Shown: positions 25,588 through 39,036, counted from the first letter of the stretch. The stretch: DNA of 64,000 nucleotides from Squalus acanthias (GCA_030390025.1 CM059431.1:112654001-112718000), one strand, 5' to 3'. The notes: generated from the sequence alone by a model not told the origin. Numbers and translations: made by a program.

Positions 25588-25918
25588 CTTTTTTTTCTTT
25601 ATTCATTCACAGGATGTGGGCATCGCTGGCAAGGCCAGCATTTATTGCCCTTCTGTAATTGCCCTTAACTGAGTGGCTTGCTCGGCCATTTCAGAGGACT
25701 GTTAAGAGTCAACCACATTGCTGTGGGTCTGGAGTCACGTATAGGCTAGATCCAGTAAGGGTCACCATTACTGATACTAGCTTTTTATTCCAGATTTATT
25801 TATTAACTAAATTTAAATTCCCCAGCCGCCATAGTGGGATTTGAACTTGTGTCCCCAGATCATTAGTCCAGGCCTCTGGATTACTAGTCCAGTAACATAA
25901 GCACTATGCTACCGTTCC
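25588..25918 (-). mobile_element. tRNA-derived SINE sharing its 3' tail with the LINE at 8.7 kb
   Basis: B box agttcaaatcc; tail gctggcaaggccagcatttattgccc...taattgccctt nearly identical to 8720-8762. Confidence 0.85.
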
Positions 25919-26011
25919 TTCAACTAGTGAGTAACAAAAACAAGACAGTGCAAAATTCATTCACAGTATGTGGATTACCTCCAATGAAATACACAAATGA
26001 TTTTCACACAC

Positions 26012-26137
26012 CTTTGGTATTTGCAAGGCTGTAGTCAAATCCTTGAGAGTTGTTGCCACTAGCACTCCTGTTGAAGACGGGAGCCGTGAAAGGACTGGGA
26101 GGAGGTGTCTGAGGTGCTTGATCCAGCAGTGCTTGTT
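26012..26137 (-). CDS. MYCBP2: MYCBP2 exon (126 bp, 1-1)
   Basis: QALLDQAPQTPPPSPFTAPVFNRSASGNNSQGFDYSLANTK. Confidence 0.93.
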
Positions 26138-27399
26138 CTGTCACAAAGAAAACTATTTTAAGAGCTTTTGCAAAAATTATGAATTAAGCTAGAGAAACTC
26201 AGCTCATATTTAAAAATGCATAAATATTTGGGGTCAAAATTCATTAAGTGTAATCACGCTCTTACAACACAGGTTTTGTACTGCATTTCATTTCCAAAAA
26301 AATACAAGATATTTATGCCAATGTTTGGGGTTACACAAAGATTAACAGCGTGAGCCTTCCAGTCTCTGCATTGGACTTAATCCAGAATACCTTTTGGCTG
26401 GAGGGGTTGTGGGGGAAGAGAAAGGAGAAAACGCTAGCCATAACTGAACAAAGAAGTTTGTGATTTGGGGTCCTAGGCCTTTTGACAGAGGTCTCATTTT
26501 AGGACTAGCTTTAATGGTACACTGGGTGAGTTTGTATTGAGAGGAGTTCTGAAGTTGAGGCCAAAAGACAATTTTATAACTTCGGTTTGCACTCCTGGTA
26601 ACATATTTACTCAGTGAGACAGGCCTGAAGACAGCAGGCCCTGACTTGATCCTACAAAATCTCTGTCCAAGATAAAACACATAGGTAGGGACCATCTTCT
26701 TCTGGACGGAGTTACGGCAGGGCAGGACTTTTGCCCTCCTTTCCAATCCCACCCAGCCCCAATCCATTTACTTGCTGAGTGACTGAATATGCATGGTATG
26801 CTCCCGGTGGGATGCCCACTGCTAAGGGGGTGGAGACCGTCATTGATCCTCAGGGAAATACTGGCAGCGCTGCTGCAGCACCGGAGGAGATTAGGCCGCA
26901 TTTCAAGGGGCAGAAGCATCTGAAACACTGATGGAGTTACAGTCCTGTAGTTGTCAGCTGAGATCGAGGTCTGCATAGTTAAGTATTTGAGGCCAGACTG
27001 GAGAGAGAAGGCTGCTACAAGGCCCACTCCCTCCATTTGGAGAGGGTGGGGCGGGGGGGGGAAGAGGAGAAAGAGAACCTCGGGGCCTTGACTCCTGCGT
27101 CCCAGAGCCTATCACCTGGAGGTGGTGGTAGACCTCATCACCCAAATTTTCCCTCATTCTCTATTGTGATCCCACCCAATTTGGCAGAGAACCATCCCTG
27201 CCCCAACATGATCCTTACCACAGTGTACTTGATCTGTATCAAGGACTGATTCTCTCTTTGGTATTTGCATATGCTCACTGAACATATCCAGCATTGAATG
27301 TAAGATTGATGCCGATAACATTGTGAGCCAGAAGGAGGAGAAGTTAGGCAATTGTTTTCCCAATATTTATGGCTGGCTTTCCCAGTCAGGAAAGGGAAG

Positions 27400-27900
27400 A
27401 TTTACCCATCATTTTGGGCTTGATCAGAGGATCACCACATCATAAAGATTCAATTTAACAGTTCTTGGAAAACAAACTATAACTGACCTGTTTCGTTTCA
27501 AGTCTACTTGAAATTTCTGGCCAACATTATGTGTTGCAAAATTGTCATCCATGGAAAAACACTGGTCATTACATGGTTACAGGGAAGATTTCCATACAGG
27601 GGGGACACAGATTTTGAAGCCAATACTTGGCGTAAAATTCATGAGGTTGGAACTTGATAGTTCTATTGAAAATGGAATGCACAGGGCTTACCATCATGAG
27701 AAATAAAAAAAGCCCTGCAATAGGAGGACGACATGGAAGAAAACCCATGAAAATGGGACACCCAAGGCTCTATGGTATAAAGTGCAAACTAAAGATTCAT
27801 GTGATGGAAAATGATTTCAATGGGATAGCCATTTCAAGTGGCACCTCGTAGGATTCAACTTATACCTTTATATGCAGGATCACAATGAAGAATCAGGTGT
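27400..27900 (+). mobile_element. Highly decayed CR1 RT fragment
   Basis: Residual NY.PVS, LYGI and ISSGTS*DS (SGVPQGS-like) motifs in the expected order. Confidence 0.4.
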
Positions 27901-27989
27901 TAGCTTTCAACTTTCAACATCTTTTGAAAATACTATTGCAGACAGAACTATTCTGCACGAAGAGATCAATTGAATTGTGAGCAACCTAC

Positions 27990-28122
27990 CCTCTTCATGT
28001 CTTAGGTACTGGTTACCACCTCGGTCTCTGGCCAAGGACCAGGCCTCGCCATCACCGCTTTCACAGAATTCCACCATACTGTTCTTATCAAGCTGGATCC
28101 ACGTGCCCTCATGGTTTGTCAC
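27990..28122 (-). CDS. MYCBP2: MYCBP2 exon (133 bp, 0-1)
   Basis: VTNHEGTWIQLDKNSMVEFCESGDGEAWSLARDRGGNQYLRHEE. Confidence 0.95.
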
Positions 28123-28410
28123 CTATTATACAAATGACACTTTTGTCCCGCTCCATATTTAACAATAGAATTGGGATCTCTGTAGAGCCGAGATTGTTGA
28201 AATAGTTTACATCTCAGAATTTAAATGTCTTAGCTGTTCCAGCTTGCAATTACTTGGAAAGACCCTCATTACCTACAAATTATTACAATATGTGATGTAA
28301 ATAAAAACACTGAATACTTATGAAACAAATTTGGATTGTGATAGCTTCTTGAATTTCTGAAATTTTAAACCATTGACCGTTAAAAAGACTACTCTGAATT
28401 TAGACACAAT

Positions 28411-29168
28411 GGGCCAGAATTTGCTGGGCAGGGCATCTCACGCGTGCCCGGTTAGTTGAGACTTTTTCCTGCAACCTTCAGCTCAAAATGTTTTTGCCCT
28501 GCAAGTTGCTGGAAGTGCGAGCTGATAACGGGGCAGCGAGGGCAACAGGACATCTGGGACCATGGCGAACGACGGAAAACCAAGTGCGTACCTCCTTAAC
28601 CAATTAGATTAAAGGATTCAAAAATAAACAGAGGAAGGATGGAGAAAGAGGGTGAATCCAATGTCAAATTAGGTACAGAAAGAGAAATAAAGAGAGGGAA
28701 CAAAAGATTGGATTAAGAGATAGAAAAAGAGACAGAAAAGAAAAAAAAAAGGAAAATTTTAAATGACATTTTTAAAATCTCCAACAACAATTGAACATCT
28801 GAAGGACTGAGACTCCACACTTTTAAATGATCACTTTCTGGGCCAGAGGTTGAGTGGCAGTCATTACCAATTATCATGTCGTTAAAAGGGTACTTGCACT
28901 ATTAATTACTAGACAACTTTCTGTGGTGAGTTTAATGGGCAATTAATGTGCAATTAATGTGCAAATGCAGCAACTTCATGAGGGAGGTTAAGCGCGAGAT
29001 GCCGTTTTCGCGAAGCTAACTACGGAGCGGCGCAAATCACCCAGCAACTTGTGTCAATTCACAATTTAAGGGGTATCTCTTCCTCGTCACAAATTGCTGG
29101 CTAATTTGCACATTAATAACAGTGTGCGTCGTTCGCATGCCGTTATTTTTTTCAGCAAATTCCAGCCC
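28411..29168 (+). mobile_element. Harbinger-type MITE, family A
   Basis: TIRs GGGCCAGAATTTGCTG / GGGCTGGAATTTGCTG; flanks AAT/AAC. Confidence 0.85.
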
Positions 29169-29942
29169 AACAGATTTTGAAGAGTGTGGTCTGTTAGAAT
29201 TGTTTTTCAATGTACAGCACCATGCTTAAATGCTCTTTAAGATACCATAGTTAGAAATAATAAGGATCTACGTTAGCAAAGATTGGATCAGAGTAACTAC
29301 AGTATTTGAAATGTGTGAATTATCATTTTCACAGTTTCACTCAACACTTACTGCAACTACTAAATTTAGAATAAGTTTGACACTAAAGTTACACACACAA
29401 AAATGCCAGATTCTGCCAAGTAATTTCAGTAAAATCTAGCTTATAACACAATTATTTAGATGCCTATTTTTGGCTTTCAAATTATAAAAGGAGCAACCAG
29501 AATATATAGAGAGGTTTACAGCAATTTATATAATACACAGGAATAGAAGTTTTGTTTTTTTACTAATCTGCCATTTAAAGATAGAGTGATCAACATGTGA
29601 TAGTTATAATCAGCAAAGAAAATTAGTTTCTGAAGTTTAGAATGCACAAAAGAAAATCAAATCAAAGCAACAGGTCATAGTGAATCATAGGAAAAATTCT
29701 GTAGCTCAAAAGCAGAGTATGCACCTGAAGATCACCAACTTTGGTAAGCATGGTATAAAAGCTTCCACCATTTGTCATAGCACCCAAATGCATCAATTCC
29801 CATTTTCATAATGAAGAAATTATACCAATACCAGATGTCCTCTTATAATATTATGCAAAAGCTTGAGAAGACATCAGTTTTGCAGTATTTGCTCTAAAGT
29901 GTTGATTGGTACCTGCAATAACACACTTTCATGAATCCATAC

Positions 29943-30167
29943 CTCGCCTAATGCCTTGACTCTGTTCCCAAGAACTAACATTCCAATGGGGATACCTCTA
30001 AGGTTAGGGCAGCTCCTGATGTTGTGCCCTGAAGGCCCAGTCTTCACTACCTTATATACTCCTGGTCCGCCTTGCAGGAACATCTTTTCCTGCTCTTTCA
30101 ACACTACTTCATGGGACCGACGTGAATTTACTTCTCTGAAGTAATCATCAGTGATGGATTTAGGCTC
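29943..30167 (-). CDS. MYCBP2: MYCBP2 exon (225 bp, 0-0)
   Basis: EPKSITDDYFREVN...GGPGVYKVVKTGPSGHNIRSCPNLRGIPIGMLVLGNRVKALGE. Confidence 0.95.
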
Positions 30168-31239
30168 CTGGAAACAAAAGCAGACAGATAGATTTGTTGC
30201 GTTAAAGTATTTGAATATAGATTTTTAAACCAGACTCAACATGAAGCACAAATTAAAGGTCCCACGGTTGAAGCAATGTGAATAGCATTTACGCAACAGA
30301 ACACTAGAATATAATCTGTTTTATAGGGTGAAATTCAACTGCCTTTGCCATCAACATGCAAATCTGAACACCCAGAGTCAGAATGCAACCATGTGGCACA
30401 GCATCAAGGTGCCCGAGGATGAGAATTGCTAAACTCCTCCAACTAGAAGAATGTTCAAGTGAAAAGTCAGTTCGGAGACTCAAGTTTGCAACTTTCTCAA
30501 AAGTAGAAGATGCTCAACAATGGCCTGTTAATCAACTTTAACGTTAAAAAAGAAAATGGCTTTTGCAAAGATTTCTGCACCATCAGTGAAAGTGTTTCAG
30601 TGGAAAAACCCTCGATATCACTTGATAAGTGTTTTTGGAAAAAATTACAAAAAACATTCCGGAAGCATGGCTAGTGCTGGTGGTGTTTTCACCATGAAAT
30701 CAATAATAAAAATATTGGTACAAACTAATCCAGATATCTTTTATATCCCACTAGAACCAATACAATTATAACCTAGCAAAAGAAAAGATAACACTCTTCC
30801 TGCCAGCTGTAGCCAATACATTGTAATCCAGTGCAAAATTCTGTCTGCCATGTGATGTAAAGGTACCTATCCCGACTTGCAACACCAATAATAAATGGAA
30901 GTTATAAACATCAATAATAAAATGAGAGCGCTTACTAACAAATGAACATGTATGCAAAGAAGATGTCACATTTCGCTGCCTCATACGGTCTCCATTTTTA
31001 CAATGTGTTTTTATTTAGTATACACATTTATAATACAATAATTAATTAAGAATAGCTTTCAAACTCTGATTCATTTTGGAGTTCGGCTGACATTCACAAA
31101 TTCCTTGACATAAACCAATCCTTAACTCATCATTCTGGAGGACATTAGTGTTATTCATTAACAATGGCTCGGTCTCTCTTCTACTGATGAGGCCATCCTG
31201 AAGGACCTCAAACGACTTATTCAATAAAATATCCCTAAC

Positions 31240-31745
31240 CAAAACAAAAACAGAATGCTGGAAATATATACAGCAGGTCCGTCAGCATTTGTAAAAAGAA
31301 GACAGATTTGCGTCTTCCATGTAACACTTCGCTAGAACGGAAAGGTAAGCAAACATTTTAGTAGGGTTGGGGAAATAAAGAGGGGTGAGAAAATAAAGTC
31401 ACTCCAATCAGAGAGGAGGTTAATGGGTTAAATGACCTGCAAACAGATTATAAAAACAGGATACTGTCAGATGATGCAAAAGATCACCACAGTGAGGCAA
31501 TGAAAAGACGTTAAGAGGACAAAAGAATTTGCTAATAGCCAAGATGGTGAAAAGGTGCGAGAAAGGCTCACATAAAGAAGGGGGAAATTGAAAAAAAAAG
31601 GAAAAAACCTACATAGGGTAGAAATGAAAACAGAAATTTACAGTAGGGGGAAATAGACCTTTCTTCCCCTCCGCTAGAACTTCTGTTCTGATGGTGGGTC
31701 GACATCTGAAATGTCAACCTGATGCCTCCCATATCCCAGCACACC
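31240..31745. mobile_element. Inverted pair of Penelope-like terminal remnants
   Basis: aaaacagaatgctggaaatat...cagcaggtc on the left; ctgatgg..gaaatgtc..ccagca on the right; similar tails near 940-990, 10765-10830 and 57510-57600. Confidence 0.5.
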
Positions 31746-32350
31746 GCCTATAATGAAAAGGGGGGGATATATATCCTTAACCTTGCTGGTAATTTAGCTG
31801 ATCGCCCAGACTTTTCCTTCACATCCAATCCTGACTCTTGCACTATTGGTCTCACTAATGAACTGTTCTGATCACAATCTTGTATCTACTTTCTACGGAA
31901 TACCCTACTACAAGCCATACGCGACACCGCTCCCACCTTGCGACCTTCTTTGATTAAAAGCATTCTGTAGCATTTACAGCAACACAATTTCATGACCAAC
32001 TCCTTCCTAGAAAGTTAATTGTGTCACTTCACAAATTCAATTAGTAAGTAGCTAATATCTTGAAGACAATCTTGGAGACTACAACATAATGTATATTCAT
32101 AAACATTTTATATTGTGCTCGTTTGTGCCCAGTAGATCGAGAAACAAAAATCTAACCTGAAAACAAAGAGCAGAGTCATTTAGTACAAATCAAATGTCAA
32201 GATAGTCGATATGTAGGTGTATTACAAACTCATTTTAGCAAGATTGATTTCTAAAACCCATTTATAACCTTTCATTTGTTTAAAAAATAAGCATTAAAAG
32301 ATACTTTATTTGAGAAGCCAAACATTAACCATCCCCACGTTTAAACTTAC

Positions 32351-32425
32351 CTGGCACCATACAGTCTTAGAAGTCCATGATACGATATCCATGTCCCTGA
32401 CTCCTTTGCTAGCATTAAAGACAAT
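32351..32425 (-). CDS. MYCBP2: MYCBP2 cassette exon (75 bp, 0-0)
   Basis: ttag acceptor, CAG/GTAAGT donor; IVFNASKGVRDMDIVSWTSKTVWCQ resembles the mammalian alternative insert NIFNASQGVRDLDVFSWTSKAFFPQ (from memory). Confidence 0.85.
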
Positions 32426-35400
32426 CTAAGCAACAAAGTTTAAGACAAACATGGATAGGGTCCTAATTAAGATGCCAGGATAATTTGATGAAATTTGCTG
32501 ATTTACTTAAAACATTCGCCATATTTATGCTAAAGCATTCAATTAGTCCAATTTAGAAATAGTCCATTTGTAATTAAAATGTTCAAGTTACATGCTTGAC
32601 CAAGGGACCAAATCCCAGCCAGTGGATGTCACTGAAATCCAACCAACCATACACATTTGACTTCCATTTGTCCTCAACTGATTTACTAAGTGGGGCAGCA
32701 GACCTGAAGAAATTGATGACACATTCTTCAATCTTGCAGCAAAGCAAGGCACCCTCCTGTAGAATAAGCAACCAACAGCACTGGTATCCAAAGTTAGTGT
32801 GTGGCAAATCGCCTATCCTCCCTCCCACTTCAAATAAGGGTAAGCAGACGAAAATTGCTGCAAAAGCAAGGGACGAGATAAAACAGGGCAAATAGAAGAG
32901 AAAGGCTGAAAATAGTTAATACTGTTAAATACAAATTTCATTCCGGTTTCATTTTATCAGCATACAAAACAAATTTTTCTTGCCAGCTCAGAATCTCCTA
33001 CATAACTGAGTTTTGTAATTAGCATGTGTCTGATGTGTGTGCAAGGAACTGAAAACTCTAAACAGGTCCGTATGATACAAAGTTTGCTTATTATGTTTTT
33101 TGTTTGGCTCAAAGTTCACATTTATCAGAGAACCCAAATATTTCACTCAAAGAAATCATGAAACCAGAACCAATCACATCTCTGAAAAATGTTGTATACT
33201 GCCCTTCCAGCAGCCTAAGCACCCCATTCTATACTCCTGATTTTAATGCTATAACATAATAAACACAAATTGAAAAATTAAGGGATGGAGGAAGGAAATA
33301 AAAAGTCACAAAACGTACCTTAAAGTTGACCTATGCTACCTTATGCCTAAATTAGATTTCCACTGCAAAGGTCTGCTCTACTTTCAAGGGACCTGGGTCT
33401 GTCCGTAGTACTCCAAGGGCCCAGCCCTAAGCACTGCATTGGCTCAAGCACCTGACCTCCAAGGGTACCAACACCCCACCACCCCCAAGCATATTCCGAC
33501 TTCATATTCCAACCTCTACCAGCCCCGACTAGAGGCCCGAGACCTCATCGTCCTTACCTCTGTGGGCCTAGCACTCAACTCCACTCAGCGTTCCAACAGC
33601 CCAGCTTGGAGTGCTCCCAAGGCCCAGATCACTCGTCTCCCCCTGATCCGTCATATGTAATTCCAGTCTCAACCTCTTCTGTTCACTGCTTCGCATGAAC
33701 AAATCCCAAGGGCCACTCCTCCTTCCCACCCAGGTCCAGTCACCCATTTCCCAACAGTTCCCATTCTCCCAACCTTGCCTTTCCCATGTGCACTCAAACA
33801 ACTTCAAGACAGCGTCTCATGATCCAGTATCCATCTCCAACCTAACATATGTTGACTACCTTCTTGAGTATCCTTGGCTTTAAAAAATGTTAAATAAAAA
33901 TTGAGTACATTAAAGAAAGAGGTTAGAGAAAACTAGAGAGATTGGGAGACATAAAAATGAGGAGATACAGCAAAAAAAAAGACTTGCAAAAGAGAGTTGG
34001 AGACAAATAGGCATGGGATGAGAAAAATAAGCAAGAGCCCTATAAAGAAAAAGGAAGAGTAATTTAGAGAGGAGGAATGAATAAAAGAGTTACAGAAAGA
34101 GATACCATTTTGTTTTTACTTTTCTCCATAAATGTGGGAGATCAATTAGTATTCCAAAAATGTTCAGTCAATCGTTCAAACTTTTTGAACATTACAGATT
34201 TAAGTGGTACAACATTTTCAATTATTAGAGGTTGACAATAAAAATTCAGCTCGATAGACTAGCCAAAAAGGAAATTATTTTTACTCAAACATAGTTGAAA
34301 GACTAAAGGCAAGTGTTGGACAGCAAGGTCAGAAAGATTAGGAAAGAGAAGAGGTTAGATGACAAGCTTCAGTTTTAAAAGACTGTGGATTGTATTAACA
34401 AAAAGAGTAACTGAGGGAGGGACAGAGTTTTTGTGCTACTGGGTAAAAGTTTTGAGTAGATAGATGAGCAGATAGTGTGTTGAGTTGATTCAGGGAGGAA
34501 GAAAATAATACAGGAGCTTAAAAATAATTCAGAGGAGCTTTGATAAAATAGACAAGAAAAGGCTATGATGGAAAGAAAGGTTTCAAGCTGTAGAGGAGAA
34601 CTGCCAATCAGATGACAAATTTTTTTCCTTATATCCTGTGCAGAAGTGGAAGAGTGCTGGGAGACCAGAGTAGGCTTGCTAAAGAAATACAATTATTTTG
34701 TTGGCACAAAGACAAATTTAAGTACTTTCAGTCCAATAATTTCAGCACAGCAATATCACTTATTTTAGGAAGAAATCATCCACTTCAAATAAGCAGAAGA
34801 GAATGTAAGGTGAGAAAACTACTAGATTCAATATACAGTCATAAACATGAACTTGGTATGTAACATCCGTATGGCCTTTAACGCAAGAGTCACAATTGGT
34901 GCATGGCGCATGACATGATGCGAACTAAGCAAAGATCCAAGTATCATTTAAAAATAACAATTGTTTAGAATACACATATAAAGAAAGGCAGTTAATTTCA
35001 CTGTCCCTCTTTCAGGAAAGCTGTACTACACCGGCAAATTCAAGATTAAATCTACGCCCTCATCAAAAAGCAACATCTATTTGAATGTCTTTATGGATGA
35101 AAGCAAAATGTGAAAATAATGTGCACAAAGTAAATACTATTCAGAAAAAAGCTAGTCTTTAATGCGCATGATTTGATTAAAACAATTTGTTGAAATTTAA
35201 ATAAGCTTTTATTTAAAAAAGCAATAAAGCAAAATCTGATTGCACAACACTGAATGTACTAAACTAGTACCTCTCTTTTGACTTTTACTTGTCAAAACCC
35301 AAATACAAATGATGTAAACCTCCATCTGCAATTTTTGCACTGTATGCAACACAACCCACCTCTAATCTTGCAATACAGAAGTGCCAATATCAGCAAGAAG

Positions 35401-37345
35401 TCCTATTGTAGGTATCTAGTGTGCATGCCATTGGACTGTTGGTAACAAACCAGAATAAATGTGGCTTGCTCGAGAAAATCGTAAGTACAGCACATGTATT
35501 TAGCTTTCTCTTAACACCCTTGTGTTGCTCGATTCCATTAACCCGTATGCTGCCATTTGTGAACAATTTGTGAGTTCAGATATTCTTACTACTAATACAG
35601 TGTGTTTTACTGAAGATGGCTTTAATGCATGCAAGCATTGTTTAATTTCTAGGATGTTAGAGTAAATTAATTCACTTCATTTGCAAACAAAAAATTAGTT
35701 GCAAAAATACACTCCATGCACACAAGCTTAAAAACTTTAAAAATGCAAGATTGCCCATATATTATTTTTGTTTGTAGCCAATTTAAATTAGAACATGGAT
35801 ACAATTCAGATTTTCTTGCTTCCATAAATAATTTGGTTCACATTGCACGATGATGTTGCCAAAGGTTAGTGAAATGCAGTACAAGTATTTCTACTTCACA
35901 ATATTTACTAAGTGAATTTGACTTGAGGTTAAAAATACTGGATTCCTTCCCTCTTTTGCAAACTTGTCCTCTCTTGCCTTCAATATTGGCACAGGTTAAT
36001 AGCCCAAGCTGCCGATTACTAAAGACCCACCAGTGTTAACTGCAAAGCTGCTGGCACTCAAATATATTGCACTGATTTTTAATTATTTCTATTTTAGTTT
36101 TTTTTGGATTGCATCTTTCCTTCTATTTTACATTTTAACTTCTCAGAACATGGACCCGAGGATTATCATTCTGGAATTAAGATTCTGCTGCTGAAACATG
36201 TAGCATCTATGACAGGAGAGTAGCGCTTTACTATTACATTTATCCATGTTCCTTCCTCTTCCCCTACTACAGTCAAGAAAGAGTGACATGACTAGTAGCA
36301 CAGCACAGTACAAGGCCAAATAATACCATTTGGCCTGGGGAAGGGAGAGGAGCAAGGGAAGAAGTAAAGAGGGAGAAGTTACATTGCCTTTTTTAATCAT
36401 TTTAAATATAATCCAAACCTGTAGACAATCCCACATATCAATTAGAGCTCAAATATCCAACTTCCTATCAAATAGCAACGTGTCTGCACTAGAATTCTGG
36501 GGGCAAACCAGTTAAACAGGAATAGAAGTGCTCATGACAAATTAAGAATTTTACCTGGAGTTATATACTGTATTTGTGTACTACTCCCTAAACTTAATTA
36601 TTCTTAAAAATGAACAGTATTCCCCCCACAACATGCTCTACATATCTCCAACACAAAATCTTCCGACTGAGTTTTGTCAATATCTTGCCTTAACTGTTAA
36701 ATGCGATTCTGCATTAAAGTAGTCTATATCAGATGACTCCATGCATTATAAATGGTGCTGCATAATTAAGCAGTGATTTGATTGAATAACTGCTCAAATA
36801 TTTCTTGAAATAAATTATATTTAGTCCCAATGTAGTCAGTATTGCAGCCACTGATAAAAGAGGGGAGCTTAAGGCATCAAGTATGCACAAACTTACACAT
36901 AATCTCCCTCAATCACTGCTAAACGTCTGAACTTAAAACGAGCAGTTTTCATTCATGAGCTGAAACCATTTTCCTTCTCTATTCTACTAAGCAATGTCAG
37001 TAATTGTGCTAAGCATTCCCTGGTTAAATATTGCATTAGTTTGGTGCAGCACTAGTTCTCCTGTTTTTTCCAATAAAAAAGCAAACCCTTGATGGAGAAC
37101 ATTCTGTCCCTTCCCATCACACTGAACTTTGTGCCTTACTAAAGCATAGACTCCCAAATGAGTTTTCTCCTTGAGAACTAAAGAAATTACTATATCATAT
37201 CAATTGTAACAGTTAAAACTAAAAGATACAAGCAAATAAATTTTAATTAATGCAGATTTTAGTAAATAGTGCGTTACAGTGCTCACAGACAGCAAAGGGG
37301 TTAAATTGCCATAACAGGCATTTCACCATTGGCACCTTTACTTAC

Positions 37346-37486
37346 ATCAACAGGGACCAGAAGGCTCTTGCCCAGGTGTTGGTTAAAAGAGAGGCACCAG
37401 GCTTCAGTGTAACCATTCATGTTGGGAACATACTTCTTTACAGTCTCATCATTCAGTCTCAGCCATACACCATCATCATTGTGGAT
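37346..37486 (-). CDS. MYCBP2: MYCBP2 exon (141 bp, 0-0)
   Basis: IHNDDGVWLRLNDETVKKYVPNMNGYTEAWCLSFNQHLGKSLLVPVD. Confidence 0.95.
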
Positions 37487-39036
37487 CTATGGGAAACAAG
37501 CAACAAAAACGAGCCATGCCCTCCTGTAACTGCCCCAGAGCTAAAAAGGACGATGAGGCTCCAGACTAGAGAGAAGGTGGGCATCAGAGACTAGATTTTA
37601 GCTTTAAGTGAATTGAAGAGAACAATCTTCTTTGACATGAATGGCAGACTGACCAGCATAAAAACCAGGGGCCTAATCTTTCATTCAACATGAACTTTAA
37701 CAGCAAATACTAATCTTGCTTCTGCTTAAAATTGGCCTAAATAGATGGGAGGAAAGAAACCACAAGAACTGTACCATGGTACATAGAAGCCAGTAAGGAC
37801 AGTATGAAGGAAGCCCAAGGAAATAAATTACAATGCACACTAGTTACTCTGTACTCTGGTTAACAGCCAGCCTTTGTACATTGTCCTCACTGGTAACATA
37901 ATAATGCACTCTTTCGGTTTTAATATATTTAAATAATCGAAGCAATTCAGCTTACTCGCGAAATGCATTAACAAACTTCTAATACAAGACCCTATACCAA
38001 TGGTTCTGTGCTTGTTTCCATTGGTCCCCAACTCCAAAATGTTAGTCATTAGCTGTCTGACTTTGGTTGCTGCAATTTTAACCTCATCTGAAGGCTTTTC
38101 TTCCCACCTTCCTCCAGACTAAAGTTCCCAATCCTGCCAACACAGCCTGCTAAAAAAAAGTCTTCCATTGGCATGCCAGTTTTTAAAAAAAATGTAGGAA
38201 AGGCTCCATTTCAATGAGGAATCCCACTGTGTATTATACTCTTCTATTTTTCATCTGTGCACATCATTATCAATACCAAATACACACTGCATGTATGTGT
38301 ATTTGGGATTGATGTTGATACAATGCAGTGTGACGATTTTGAAATCTTTAAAGGGAAAGTATTCTTCTAGGCCGCACTATAACCAAATTACTAGATGGTG
38401 ACAATTTATATTTGCAATATCCGAGATAATCTGAAGGCCCACAAAACCAAATAATTCCCATTCTGAATGGGAATACAATGAGTTCCTATTATCGCAGTAC
38501 AATACAGACCTCATCTGCAGTCAAAGTAGAATCTAGAATCCAAACGATTTGCACTACTTCTGCTCACAACTGTACCAATTTATCTAACCTCAAATAGTTA
38601 CAATTGATTATTTTTTTTCGACGACTGCATAAATGGACAAACATGTTGATAATATTCCTATTTATTCAAGTAGATAAGAGGTTTCAGAATTTTTTTTAAA
38701 TTTAGGACATTTTTAAATGTACTGTATATCAGAGCAAATGTGCATCAAGTGATATATGCAAAACCTAGAGCAAATTCCTAAAGATGCCCACTTACAGCAT
38801 TTCCAGACTGCAGCCTCAAAGTTACTTGCATGTGTCAAAGCAAATCAAAAATGAAACTGCATATACAATCTAACTGTTGCTGCAAAAATTACTGAAGCTT
38901 GTGATGCACAGACTGCTCACTTTATTGTACTATTGCTAATGAATGTTTAAACTTTATAAAAATACTTTTGCCAACATTTATGCAGAACTTTTTTACTCCT
39001 CAACTATCAAACCTCCTCTTAAGTAATGTTCTTTAC

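Noticed and set aside
26560-27155. GC-rich MITE-like stretch with 141-aa ORFs
   Set aside because: Could not define TIRs or a TSD; ORFs have no recognisable motifs
31042-31242. 66-aa sense ORF with an acceptor-like site
   Set aside because: In the required phase 0 it stops after 5 codons; the pyrimidine tract comes from the adjacent repeat
32583-32905. 102-aa sense ORF near the 75-nt exon
   Set aside because: Both candidate acceptors give an early stop in phase 0; no clear donor
36555-36587. 33-nt AG..GT segment
   Set aside because: Weak acceptor and in-frame TAA
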